From positions 15,686,001 through 15,750,000 of the forward strand of contig CM022666.1 of NCBI GenBank assembly GCA_012295275.1: a DNA stretch of 64,000 nucleotides. The letters run 5' to 3'. This document shows positions 29,575 to 64,000 of the stretch, piece after piece. The notes beneath the pieces were generated by a model that was not told the DNA's origin, made no database searches, and saw only the letters and a list, made by a program, of their open reading frames with translations. The number at the start of each line of letters is the position of its first letter. The stretch's first letter is position 1. This DNA comes from Chrysomallon squamiferum (Eukaryota > Animalia > Mollusca). A program made the position numbers and the translations under genes.

Positions 29575-30360
29575 GACAAAACAAAAAAAACAAAACAAAA
29601 AAACAACAAAAAACGTAAAAACACCCATAACAATAAAACACCATACACAATAATAAATAATATTAAAAAAAAAGTAAATAAATAATAAAAAAGCAATTTA
29701 GCTAAATAAGTCAATATTATGACAGAATGTAGCGTAATATAATATTATATAATCATAAAGAAAATTAACAGACGGGGTTGAATAACAAACAATTACGTTG
29801 TAGTGGCCCATCGATCAGACTTATGTAATAACGAAATCAGACAGCTGCGTCTGGTGCTCGAAACTTTAGACTTTGTTTGCACGGAGCACATATTTGGATT
29901 ACGGGATAAAATCAACATGTTTTCTTCTGTAAAAGAGTTAATTGGTCATACAAACTAATCAATACATGCTGTGTTCAATATTGTGGATGTTTCCCCGAGT
30001 CAAATGGCGTTTGGTCGACAATGTCCCCCCGATTATCGTATTTATATCACTTTTGACGTCATGTTGTCACGTGGTTCAATGAGAGTGGCGTTTCATGTCA
30101 TAGGTCATCATAGACGGAGTGATATTTCATATTAGCCGTAGTTTGGTAACCATGACGACCTTCCTTTTTTGTTGTTGTTGTTGTTGTTGTTGTTATCCTT
30201 GTTGTTACGTTGTTATATAGTAACGTTGTTGATGTTGTAGCATCGTGCTTTGGAAATTTGTCAAATACGTAATGGTAATTTGCAATGACGTCATTAGGTT
30301 GAATCCAAAAGATGGATTTGTGTCGGAAATAAAAAAGGTAAAAAAGAAAATATGCGAACT

Positions 30361-30391
<31 letters not shown>

Positions 30392-30568
30392 AAATGAATA
30401 TTTTCTTTAATGACAAATTTAGATAGGACAGAAGGTAATCTTTTATTGCCAGTTCTACAAAGTAAAATATTTGTGAAAAAGAATGTTCGTATTATTTCTG
30501 AAATCTGTAATGGACTGAATGTATAAGTGTGCGCGCGTTTGTGCGTGTGAGTGTCTGAGGGAAAGAGA

Positions 30569-30614
<46 letters not shown>

Positions 30615-31095
30615 AAGGAATCAGTATGTTCTAAAAAAAAAAAATCTTGATTTGCTTTTAAATAATTCTTTCTAATTTGAAACTAACAGTATCTGTCTTC
30701 GTGCACATTTAGACCAAATATGCGAATTTTTCATTTCTTTAATTTAAACAAATCTCGAAAAGAAAACAAACTGAAGAATGTGCGCAACTGCTGTTTCTAA
30801 ATTACTGTCCGATTTTCACTAAAACACAGCAATAGCAGTTTTCTTTCAGTACTTAATCCGCGCCAATGTGCAGATGTACGCAAGACAGACTAAGACACTT
30901 AAAACGTGTAACTGAAACTCAAGAATGAATGAATGAAAGATATTTAACATTATATATATAGAATTTCGTCAGTTTTTATTACTGTGAAAACATATATTAG
31001 AAAGAATTTGTTTCAGTATTGTTTCTTAATAAAAAAAAAAAAATAAAAAAAAACGAAGGAAAACAAAGATAAAGATTTCATACTGTAAATTTCAC

Positions 31096-31136
<41 letters not shown>

Positions 31137-31141
31137 TACAT

Positions 31142-31172
<31 letters not shown>

Positions 31173-32470
31173 TAATAAAGATTACATATTGTAAATTTCA
31201 CATAATAATAATAATAATAATAATAATAAAGAAAGAAGGAAAGAAAAAAAGAGACATCAGCAGACTTTATTACTTCATATAAACATGATACGTAACAACT
31301 GATTGCATCATTTATATTTCATTAGATAAAACAGCGTTACATGATATTGTTGAGCTGGCAATTAAATATTTGTTTATCTTAGTTTTTATTTATTTAAAAC
31401 TACATTGATAGAGTATTTTCCTCTGGGACTAATACAAGCTGACAATATTGTACTCCCGTGCATTAAATCACTCATCTTGAAAATGCAACAATGTCAGACG
31501 AGATAAAATAAATCGTGTTTTACATCACGTCCGGTCATGGGAGAAATCGAGAAGAGCCGCAAAAAACCCGGTTACTGCCGTTTATCAGGTTACAGGAGGC
31601 AAACAAAAAAACCCTGAATTTTCATTACGTAAATTAGACAGCAAGTTGTTATGGATACGAGTATGACGTCATTGCAAAAATATATCTTAATTTTATTTGC
31701 CTACGGGCCGGGAAAAGTGCAATATTTTAATTTTTTCCTGAGATGAAATCTGTTTCAGTTTGTCTTAGTATAGCGTATTCAGATATTTGAATGTCCGTTT
31801 TTCCGTCTGTCTCTCTGTTGTCTTTCACAATTTATTTAAAATTTTATAAATGATATCGGCAGAAACAAAAAATAAGACATAAACATGCAAATTATACAGT
31901 TGTTGTCAATAATATTAATAAAAATAATAATAAAACAAATAAATAAATAAATAATCTATCCGTTTGTCTTTCTAATTATCTCTCTCTCTCACTCTCTCTC
32001 TCTCTCTATCTGTCTATCAGTCTGTCTGTCTGTCTATATATCTATCCATATATATGTGTATATCCGTAAATATACTTATTTTCTTTTAGGAATTTAAATT
32101 CTACCGTCTCAATTCTTTATTTACATTATTCATTACACTTTATGGAAAACTAACAGAAATGCTTTATTTTCTGTGATGTCAAATATTTCAGTGTTTTTTC
32201 GTTTTAAAAAAAATGAAAGATTCAGCAGTTTTTTCTTCACGGTGTTGTTACTGGAAATCCTTTGTGACCAAAAGTGTTTTATTATCATTAAATGATTATA
32301 ACTGTTATGTTTTTGTTTTCTTTTACTTATTTAAAAAAATAAAATAAAATAAAATAAAACAAATTGTTTTATATATTCCATGTAATTTCTAGGTAGGTAA
32401 AATAAGATGATAGTAACATTGTTTACTACGAAAAGTCAAACACAGACATTTACTCACCGAATATGTATGA

Positions 32471-32518
<48 letters not shown>

Positions 32519-33252
32519 TCCTCCAATAATCATTCCATCCATATATCTACATACATACATACACACACACTTGTATACATAGATAATAGTTCAAACATAC
32601 ATAATACATACATATATACGTACATATATATATATATATATACATACATAGATAAATACATACATTCATACATACAAACATTCCTACATATATACATACA
32701 TACATACATAGATACATACATTGATACATACATGCATACATACATAATACATAGGTAGATAGATACATACATACATACATACATACATAGATACATACAT
32801 ACATACATACATGCATACATACATACATACATACATACATACATGCATGCATGCATACATACATACATACATACATACATACACACACATACAAGTTAAC
32901 ATCTATGACAACTGATATTCGCTTTAGTAGCAGCAGATATCATTAATACTTGTTTTTATCAAATTCTTTATTTTATTTTCCCCGAAGACCTCTGTTTCTT
33001 ACTGATAGCGTGTCGATTCGGCAAACACTAATAAAAATAGCATTTCTAGGTTACCATGTCAACGTGACACTGAAAAACTGCGGCAGAATAACGATATTTG
33101 ATCAGTATTAATTAGTGATAGCAGCACAGAACGAATCGTTTTAAACAGTTTTAGATTAACTGTGTTTCAATGTGGATCAATTTAAACACTATGATTTTAA
33201 CGGTGTTTGGTGCGTTTTACCTATTAATTTATATACTTATAATTGAGATCCG

Positions 33253-33287
<35 letters not shown>

Positions 33288-33488
33288 AATAATTAAGTAG
33301 AAGAATTTTAATAGTATTTTAGCGACTACCAGTTTAAATAGTTGAATTGTTATTGCATTTTCATACATACATACATACACACACACATACATACATACAT
33401 ACATACATGTATATGTGTGTGTATATATATATATATATATATTTAATTATCATTACGCTATTTATAGTTTTGTTGTCATTATCACAAC

Positions 33489-33521
<33 letters not shown>

Positions 33522-33954
33522 TATTATTATTATTATTATTCCTGTTGCCGTTGCTTTTATTTTACTATGTGATAATGATGATGATGATGATGATACGAAG
33601 TTATTTTAACAAATTTGGTGTCACTTAATTCTTAAAAAAAAAAAAAACACTTCCATTTTTTTTTTTTTTTTTAAAATCACAATCACTGAACTGCGAGACA
33701 ATCTCTTGCTGTTTTACATTTTCTACAACACACGGATCTCGTTAATCTGAGGCATGCAAGTGAAAAATCGCCAGTCACTTTTGTTTAGTTTTTTTTTTCT
33801 ACGTGCTCGTGTCAAATTTGATTGTGTGTTTCATGCAGCTGCGTTGTGTTCGGTGCAGACACTGTTCAGACTTTGACACGGTGAAGTTTTTGATTGGTTA
33901 ATAGTACACGTTACATGTCTGTGATCGTGGAGTGGTTTTAGTCTGTTTTATTTT

Positions 33955-33999
33955 TTTTTTATTTACTTCATTTACTGATTTATGGATTAATTAATTAAC

Positions 34000-34034
<35 letters not shown>

Positions 34035-34225
34035 TTAACTTATTTTTATTTGTTTTAATTTTTTTTTTTTTTTTTATTATATTTTTTTTTATTATTTTTA
34101 ATATATATATATTTTTTATTTATTTCATTTACTGATTTACGGATTAATTAATTAACTTATTTATTTATTTATTTATTTATTTATATATATATTAACTTAT
34201 TTTTATCTGTTTTAATTTATTTTTA
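33955..34225. repeat. ~155-bp-period local duplication of an AT-rich segment
   Basis: ttcatttactgattta[t/c]ggattaattaattaacttattt at ~33967 and ~34124. Confidence 0.75.
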
Positions 34226-34698
34226 TTTTTTTATTTTATTTTAAGCGAAATTTAAAGAAGAAAATTGAATTTTCTTGATAAATATTTTAATAATATTAGA
34301 ACAAAATACATCACGTATTTTAGTTGAATTTATTATATTTATTTATTTATTTTGCTTTACTTTTCTTTCTTTTATTTATTTATAAACAAGATGATTCTGT
34401 ATCTATTTGGCAATTCCATAATTTCAGACTCTGATTAAACATTATATTTCATTAATTTCATGCATTTTATTCCACATTTCCATCAGCACCAGATAACCAT
34501 TACAACGAAATAGCAAACGAGTAAAAAGAAGATACATTCTAAGATACAGTTATAAAGAAACTAGTATTTTAATTCAAAGGACAAAAAAACCCTTGACAAC
34601 CAAAATGTAAAAAATGTAAAAAATGAAACAAAATGTAAAAAGCGTTTCAGTCAATGAAAACTGTTACAACCAGAATGTGAGAAGAAAAAAAATAGAAG

Positions 34699-34805
34699 AA
34701 AAAAACGTTACAAAGAAAAGCTACAAACATTCAAACCAAAATCTAAAAAACGTTACAAAGAAAAGCTACAAACCTTCAAACCAAAATCTAAAAAACGTTA
34801 CAACG
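34699..34805. repeat. 45-bp direct repeat (~2.3 copies)
   Basis: aaaaaacgttacaaagaaaagctacaaac[a/c]ttcaaaccaaaatct repeated. Confidence 0.85.
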
Positions 34806-36200
34806 AAGATGTAGAAAACTGCAACAACCAAAACACAGTCCTTTGGCAAGTACAGAAACCATTGTTTTTTTTTACGTCGGTATTTGAAATCAATATTTAT
34901 ATCATTTTTATTCCAATCGTTTATCTGGATTACGTTTTTGTGTAAGAAGAAATTACAATCTCAACATTTTCTTCTTTTTACAACTCATTTTTTTATTTCA
35001 TTTCAATGCTCTTGTACTTTGAGCTGAACAATCAGGAAACATGCGGTATTACAGGCTCGACGAATCGATAACTAGGATAAACTTAATTGGTGGTGACTTG
35101 GGGGCTATGGAACGTGGTCGGAAATAATTACTTTGATTTGAATGCCGACTGAAATGGCCAAAGAAAGCCTGCATGTATATTACATTAGAGGAAATAGGAA
35201 ATTAAAACAAGTGAATAGATCTGAAAGACCAAGCCATACATACAATAGGAAATGGAGAAAATCGTTTTTTAAATCTTAGAGACGAAAAGTGTTTGACCTG
35301 TTTGGATTAGGAAATCTCACGCGATTTATTTTTTTTGTTTTTGTTTATTAATGGTTTTATGGAAATTGTAATAGAATGGAATCTGTCTCAGAAAGTGAAA
35401 GGAAGACGTTTTGTACAACTGAAATGACCTTACTCAAGGTCAAATAAGTAAAAATATTGTATATTGTGATTCAGATTAATACGAAAGGTTATTTGAATTT
35501 TATTTACATCCATTATAATCATCATCATCATCATCAGCAGCAGCATCATAATCGTGACTTTCATCATCATAATCGTTATTATCGATATCATTGTCAGTAT
35601 TATAATCATAAAGAATCATCACCGTCTAAGTGGTTTTCATTTAAAACATAAACAGATTTTAACTTGTATTTTTATACCTGTATTTGTTCTAACGTGTGAC
35701 TTAGCCATTATCTATCATCATCATCATCATCCTCATCATCATCATTATCATCATCGTTATTTATTATTAATATCATAACACTTTTTGTTTTTCTTAATAT
35801 TATTTGTATAAAATTTATAGTATAAACAATACGAAACAACGTCATTATTATCATTATTATTATTATTGTTATTGCTGTTCGGCGGATTACTGAAACGATT
35901 ATGTTAATTAATGACTGCAGATGAAGCCGTTAATGATAATTACTGGTATCGTCACGCATGAGTGATTACAGATAGATGTTTATACATAGCAGGGTCACTA
36001 ATTAACATATCCTGTCAGGTTCCGTGCATCAGAATGGACACGATACGAATCAAATCACAGAGGCGTGAAATTGCACAAATACTGTGACCTCGGTTTGAAT
36101 CACAAGCAAGAGCAGACGTCCTCATTCTCAAGGTCATGTGAGGCAAACACTTTATAAAAAGAAAGTTTCATTATGTAACTGATGATAATAAAGAAAATAT

Positions 36201-36307
<107 letters not shown>

Positions 36308-36332
36308 AATGATGTAAAACATGGTTCATAGC

Positions 36333-36600
36333 CAGTGGCATGCAGAGGTCTGGTGAAGCCCGGGGCCAAATCATTGATTGTGCATCACAAAGACTCAAGT
36401 AGAAGGCCTAGCATTGAGAAATATTGTGAGAAAGGAAGATATTTTGAATATGTAAACACAGATGAAACACAAAATAAACACTTTATTCGATTTAAATATA
36501 AATCAACCAAATTTATTAAGTTCTTTTCTCTGATTGGATGCCCCCCACATCTGAATGCCCGGGGGCACCGCCCCTACGCCCCTCCCTCTGCACACTACTG
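36333..36600. mobile_element. Non-autonomous DNA transposon (MITE), probably hAT-type
   Basis: Terminal inverted repeats CAGTGGCATGCAGAGG … CCTCTGCACACTACTG (13/16 match), GC-rich subterminal cccgggg motifs, degenerate 8-bp flanks ttcatagc/atcatggt (5/8). Confidence 0.7.
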
Positions 36601-37194
36601 ATCATGGTAACTATCATGTTTTCCAACCTTATCATGAAACAAATGTTTATTTTTTTTTAATATTTTTTTTTTTTTTTTGTATGTTTCTGTGTGTGTTTTT
36701 GCTTTTTGTGTACACTAAAACAACATAAAATAAACAATACATTACATTTAAATGCATCCACGCACAACAGAGCCCAGTTTAAGTTCAACCTAAAAGCATC
36801 ATTATGACGTCATCTGTAACTTAACTATCATCTAAACAAACAAAAAGTAGATATTCTACAACGTACGTTCAACCCATCCAACTTGTTTAGATAAAGTCAC
36901 TGCAATAACCGTTACAGAAAGATCATCCCCTGTAAGCTAGCAGGATCTGCCCTTACTGGTGCACGGATAAAAAGAACTTAGGTGAAATAAGATGACTAAG
37001 CAGAGACTTACACCGGCTTGCGCGAGACAGAAATGCAGAGTTCGTGTCACGTTTATCTGACTTGGCAGTGCAATCGAAAAAGGATCATTATTAATACAGA
37101 TATGAGACACAGCAAATAGCTTGAAACTTGGCCGTCTGCAGAACGTAAATACGCAGTCTTACTGTTATTTCTGTTGTCGTCGTTGTCGTTGTTT

Positions 37195-37235
<41 letters not shown>

Positions 37236-37278
37236 CATAATAATAATAATAATAATAATTATTATTATTATTATTATT

Positions 37279-37311
<33 letters not shown>

Positions 37312-37491
37312 GGGTTGCTGTTATAGTTGTCGTTGCTGCTATTATTATTATTGTTATTACTGTTGTTGTTGTCATCATTATTACGTTATCATTATTGCCA
37401 TCATCATAATCATCATCACCATTATTATTATCATTATTATTATTATTATTATTACTGTTGTTTTATTACTATTTCCACTACGACTACTATT

Positions 37492-37610
<119 letters not shown>

Positions 37611-38071
37611 ACACTAAACAATATTTAATCAAGCGATTTTAGCCATCACTTGCATTTTTACAAATATTTTTGAAATCTACTCCTGCTGCACATTGGATCT
37701 TTTCCTTCTGATAAAAAAAAAAATAAATGACGTTCTCTGCTGTCCGTGCCTAATACTGTTTTTTCTGTCATTTCAAACGACTGGTGAATGTTTTGTTGAG
37801 ATGATATGTAAAGTTAATTAACAAGTAGTAAATATGACCTAAGGAAACGCCTCACATCAAGTTTTCTAATTAGCGAATATCTGGTGCGCAGTTGGAGTAA
37901 ACACGCTGTTATCAGAAACATGGATGTGACGAAAATGTCATGACAGGTCTGGGAGATAAATATAAATAAATCGCCATGTATCTAAATGAGGAAGTCAGTC
38001 GATAGTAAGAACGTAGTAGGTATGTCGGTGAATAAGTGAATAAATAAGTAAGTAAATGAATGAGTAACAAA

Positions 38072-38106
<35 letters not shown>

Positions 38107-38714
38107 ACCATTAATAAATATTTAAATGGATGAATGAATGAAAGAATGCATGAATAAATGAATAAATGAATAAATAAATTTATAAATGAGTAATAAATGC
38201 ATAAATAAATTTTACAAAAAGTAATACAAAAATAAATAAAACAATTCAATAAAAAAATCACGAAAAAACAAACGAATAAATTACAAAACAAACAAAATTT
38301 CTTCTTAGTAAACAGTTAAAATATAATTTGAAATTAAGATATAGATCGAATATGTATATTAATTAATTAATATCACAAAGGAATAAATGAGGTTAAATGT
38401 TACAAAACAACAACAACAGCAATAATAATAACTATAACAAAGCTTTACTAACTAAATAAACCTGTAACAGGCACTAATATATCGACTTACTAATGTTACA
38501 TTAACTGCTACTAAAAGGTAACTGTAACATATTTGTATACTTTCATAACTAGACGAGAGAAATAAATGTTCTCAGTTCCTAATCATTGTTAGTAATTTTA
38601 CTTTTAACGAAGGCAAAGAGCGGTACCTCCATTACTGATGACGTCAAATCATTGTTGAGAAATCCTGCTGAGGGGAATGAAGTAAACAATGGTCATTTAG
38701 AAACTGCTTTCAGC

Positions 38715-38780
<66 letters not shown>

Positions 38781-41700
38781 CACTCTTTGTTAATATTTAT
38801 ATATATATATCAACAAAAAGTGTTTATTATATACATACATACATACATAAACACACATTATATTAGCAATTAATGCAGTTTAATATCAGTCAAATAATAA
38901 TAACATAAAGAGGAATAACTGGTTACTATCCTAAGATTCTGGACAGCTGACATTTCAAGACAGTAACTAGTTATTTCTCTGTTTCCTGTTGTCCTAAATA
39001 ATAGAAAAACGGAATAAAATTAGCTGTTTTATGTCTCAGTTCACCGCGTTCGACAGTAATAAATTCAAGCATATTGATTTCGAAGTCACCTACGCAACAG
39101 AAATAAAGTAGTTCTTAAATAAGAATAATTTATTTGTCATATTTTTTAAAATTATTTGTAAATGAAAATTATTTTTAAAATAGATATTTAAGATATAAAG
39201 CAGCAGTTAAACACTAAAGAAGTAACTTTGAACAGTGCGCGTGCATGTGTCTGTGTAGGTGTGTGACAAGTAATTTATCGACGTAAATGTAGCTAATTTC
39301 CTAAAAGATATATATATATATATATATATTAATCTCCTCTTGCCACTATTTAGAGTGATTGCAGGATCTATGTACACTCCCCTCACACACCCATGCACGG
39401 ACACACATACACGTAAAGCAGTCGATTATTAAAGTATTTAGCTGCAGTAAAACACACTCACACATCGCAATAAATTGCAAACAGAGTACAACAACAAAAA
39501 CGTTAATTCTGCCGCATACTGCATTTTACATTAAGCCTCTTCATTTAGAGTGAAAATCGTGACCAACCATCTTTCCTTTCATGTCTAAAAAGAAGAAGAA
39601 AACGCAATTCAAAGTGAAAGAAAAAAAAAAAGAAAGAAAGAAAAAAAAAGACTTGAATCTTCTCTATGGAGACACGTGATGTGGGACGGCATCATCGTGG
39701 ATGTTCTGCTGTCAGACGTGGTTGGTGGTGACAGATGGAAACGACCGAAACCGGATTAATAAACAAGAAGAGTCAGGTAGCGAAATTAGCGCGAAAATCT
39801 CTCGTCGTTATTCCTGGATCATGCTGTGGGATGTTGTGACGTCATACAGGCTGAACGATAAGCTGCTGCCTCTAAGAGTGGGTGGGGTTTTGTTGTAGTG
39901 AGATTTATGAGGCTAATTAATACATGACCTGAATTTCCTTGATTAGTTAAACATCATTTACTCCACGGCTGGAAGATTATGACGTAACGAAAATGTAACT
40001 GTTAATTTGTTCGTAGGTAAAATACAGTTTATAATTGTGCGGAGGCTAAAGTGATTTCTGCTGTGACGTCACATTTAATTTCTGATGCGATTAATATCTG
40101 ATTTAGTTCTGTATTCGTAATCTTCTGTCGTTTCTTTTCTAAATTCTTTTTGGAAAACTAAATCGTATTAAAGATGGACTTGGTGCAAAATGGTGACGTC
40201 ACAAGAGGCGTGGCAACTTTATACATTGGCTGACACGTCTGTTGAACCAGTTCACGTAATACATCGTTTTGAGTGGTTTGGGGACATGTGACTTTAGATT
40301 AATCTGATAGCTAGTGTGTGGGTGGGGTGCGGTGACACACCCAATGGCAAGCAGTAGTGTGACTAGTACGCCGAAAACGAAACGCTTTAGAAAATGAAGA
40401 ATCGTCACAAAACTCCTAACGCCATAGTAACAACAACAACAACAACAATAATAATAATAATAATAATAATATTTCCTAATATTTCTTCTTATTTTTTCTT
40501 TTCTTATTTATTTCTATTTTTCTTTTATCTGTTTCTTTTTTTTTTTCTATCTCTTTCTTTATTTGATCTACTTTTTCTTTCCATTATTCTTTTTTGTTTG
40601 TTTCCTTTTCTTACTTTCTTTCAACATTTTTTGTTTCTTTATCTTTTTCTTTCCTTCTTTTTTCTTTTTAGTAAACTTCATTCTCTTTATATTTTTTCTT
40701 TTTTCCTCTTCAATTCATAATCCTTTGGCCTTTTACAAAAAACAATAAAATAATTATATAATAAAATATTTCCTTCTTTCAAGGACAAGTATATTATTAG
40801 AATCTTCCCTGCTTACTAGTATAGTAATAACTTGTGTTTGAAGCTATGTTCTCCTGGAGCCAAAAACTTCAGAAAGAAACATGTGTTTGAAGTGACAGCG
40901 ATATAAAATATCTAATTTTGTAAAAGTCTTTTTTTGTTCAAAATTTAAAATATAAATGAAACTGTAAATATGAAATATCAAAGTTTTTTTGTTCCTTTGT
41001 TTTTTCTTTCACAGAATCTTTTTAACAAGATAGTTTTGCAAATTGAATTAAAAGATGAAGTAATATTTTATCTCTATGTTTCCTTATGCAGGACATCACA
41101 TACCAGCGACTTTTCACACGAACGATTTAAAATACAAGGATTATAATTGTAAATTAAGAAACAAGTAATATTTGGTTTACGTCTAGAACTAATACAGAAA
41201 GAAGGATATATGATAGAAGGTAAATAAGAAAAGGTAAGAAGAAAAAAGAAATATGACTCGAAAGAAGAACGAGCGAAAGGAATAAAAAATGGATAAAAGA
41301 AAAAAGATGGACGTAAGAAAGAAATGGAAAGAGAATGAAAGAAAGAGATAAGAAACAAGGGAAGAAAGGATAAAAAAATAAATATAAAATAAATAAAAAA
41401 AAAAAAAAAAAGAACAATGAAAAGTATAATCTTTAATTTTGAAACAGTCATAAAATGAGTATGTGCCGTGTGCGTGTGTATGTGTGTTTGTGTTTGTAAG
41501 TAAGTAAATAAGCAGGTAAGTAAGTATGTGGAGGGTATATTTATCAGTTAAACAATTTGCGAACCAACTCGACAATGAACATGTTACTATGGTCATGTTA
41601 TCCATCACATGACGTAACAACTTTACCGTCGTCATGGTTTCTGTCTGTGTTCTCTCGTCTGACTGCTGTACTTTGACGTGAAACTCGTGTTTGAAGTTTC

Positions 41701-42047
41701 CTTTGACGTCCTCGTTCAAAAGTAACAAGGTGAGAGATATCTGCAGGCGACAGGGAGGGTACCTGGCCAAACAGGACCGTGGACATTTTGTATCGTGATG
41801 CCTACATCATCCACATCAGTCACAGACGACGACGACACCGTCAGGCCCAGCATCTTCTGTTTTATAGTAAAGTAAAGAGATAAAGAAAAAAGGTAAAAAA
41901 AAAAACGAAGTCAGATCCAAGTGGATTTATTAGCGAGGATTTCGCCTGTGTTAGGATATGATTTTCTCATAAAGAGTTTTCTGAAATGCAATGATTGTCT
42001 TGTAATGTAGTGTCAGGATTTAGCTTTAAGAATTGTTTCTTTTCAAA

Positions 42048-63741
<21,694 letters not shown>

Positions 63742-63852
63742 GTCAGTATAGTTAGTTAGATGAACAAACAGTCGTAAAGACAGAAAGAGAAATTCGGTCG
63801 CATAAATATAGAGATGCATGAATATATATATATAAATATATATATAGATAGA

Positions 63853-63892
<40 letters not shown>

Positions 63893-64000
63893 TAGATAGA
63901 CAGATAATATTTTTGTAACAGAAGTAATGGAAATTAATGAAATTATTACTATTATCATAATAATCGTCAACCATTATTGTTAATATTGTTGTTGATGTTG

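Overview
Eukaryotic, very AT-rich, microsatellite-dense genomic DNA from an invertebrate, most likely a mollusc or other lophotrochozoan (inferred from sequence style and gene families). Almost all ORF-track entries are simple-repeat artefacts. Reading GT-AG splice sites by hand gives two + strand multi-exon genes. Gene 1 (coding exons 14979-16362, 19473-19544, 23440-23565, 24400-24518, 28858-29061; 634 aa) is a secreted, acidic, granin/prohormone-like precursor with many dibasic cleavage sites. It ends in a 10-Cys domain with a secreted-phospholipase-A2/conodipine-like motif, CNRHELCYAC, in which the canonical His-Asp is His-Glu. The architecture resembles the arthropod NVP-like/baratin/space-blanket precursors (recalled, not searched). 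Gene 2 (from 42048, running off the window end; about 1480 codons visible) is a type II membrane protein with at least 10 tandem SEA-like domains. Each domain is a 3-exon cassette (intron phases 1-0-2-1) followed by a Thr/Ser/Pro linker. The distal cassettes are recent ~1.55-kb duplications with a chimeric junction, only the membrane-proximal module keeps a GS-type cleavage motif, and module 5 has an apparent +1 frameshift. Also present: minisatellites, a hAT-like MITE, tRNA-derived SINE fragments, an intronic inverted repeat pair and a strong excess of TGACGTCA.
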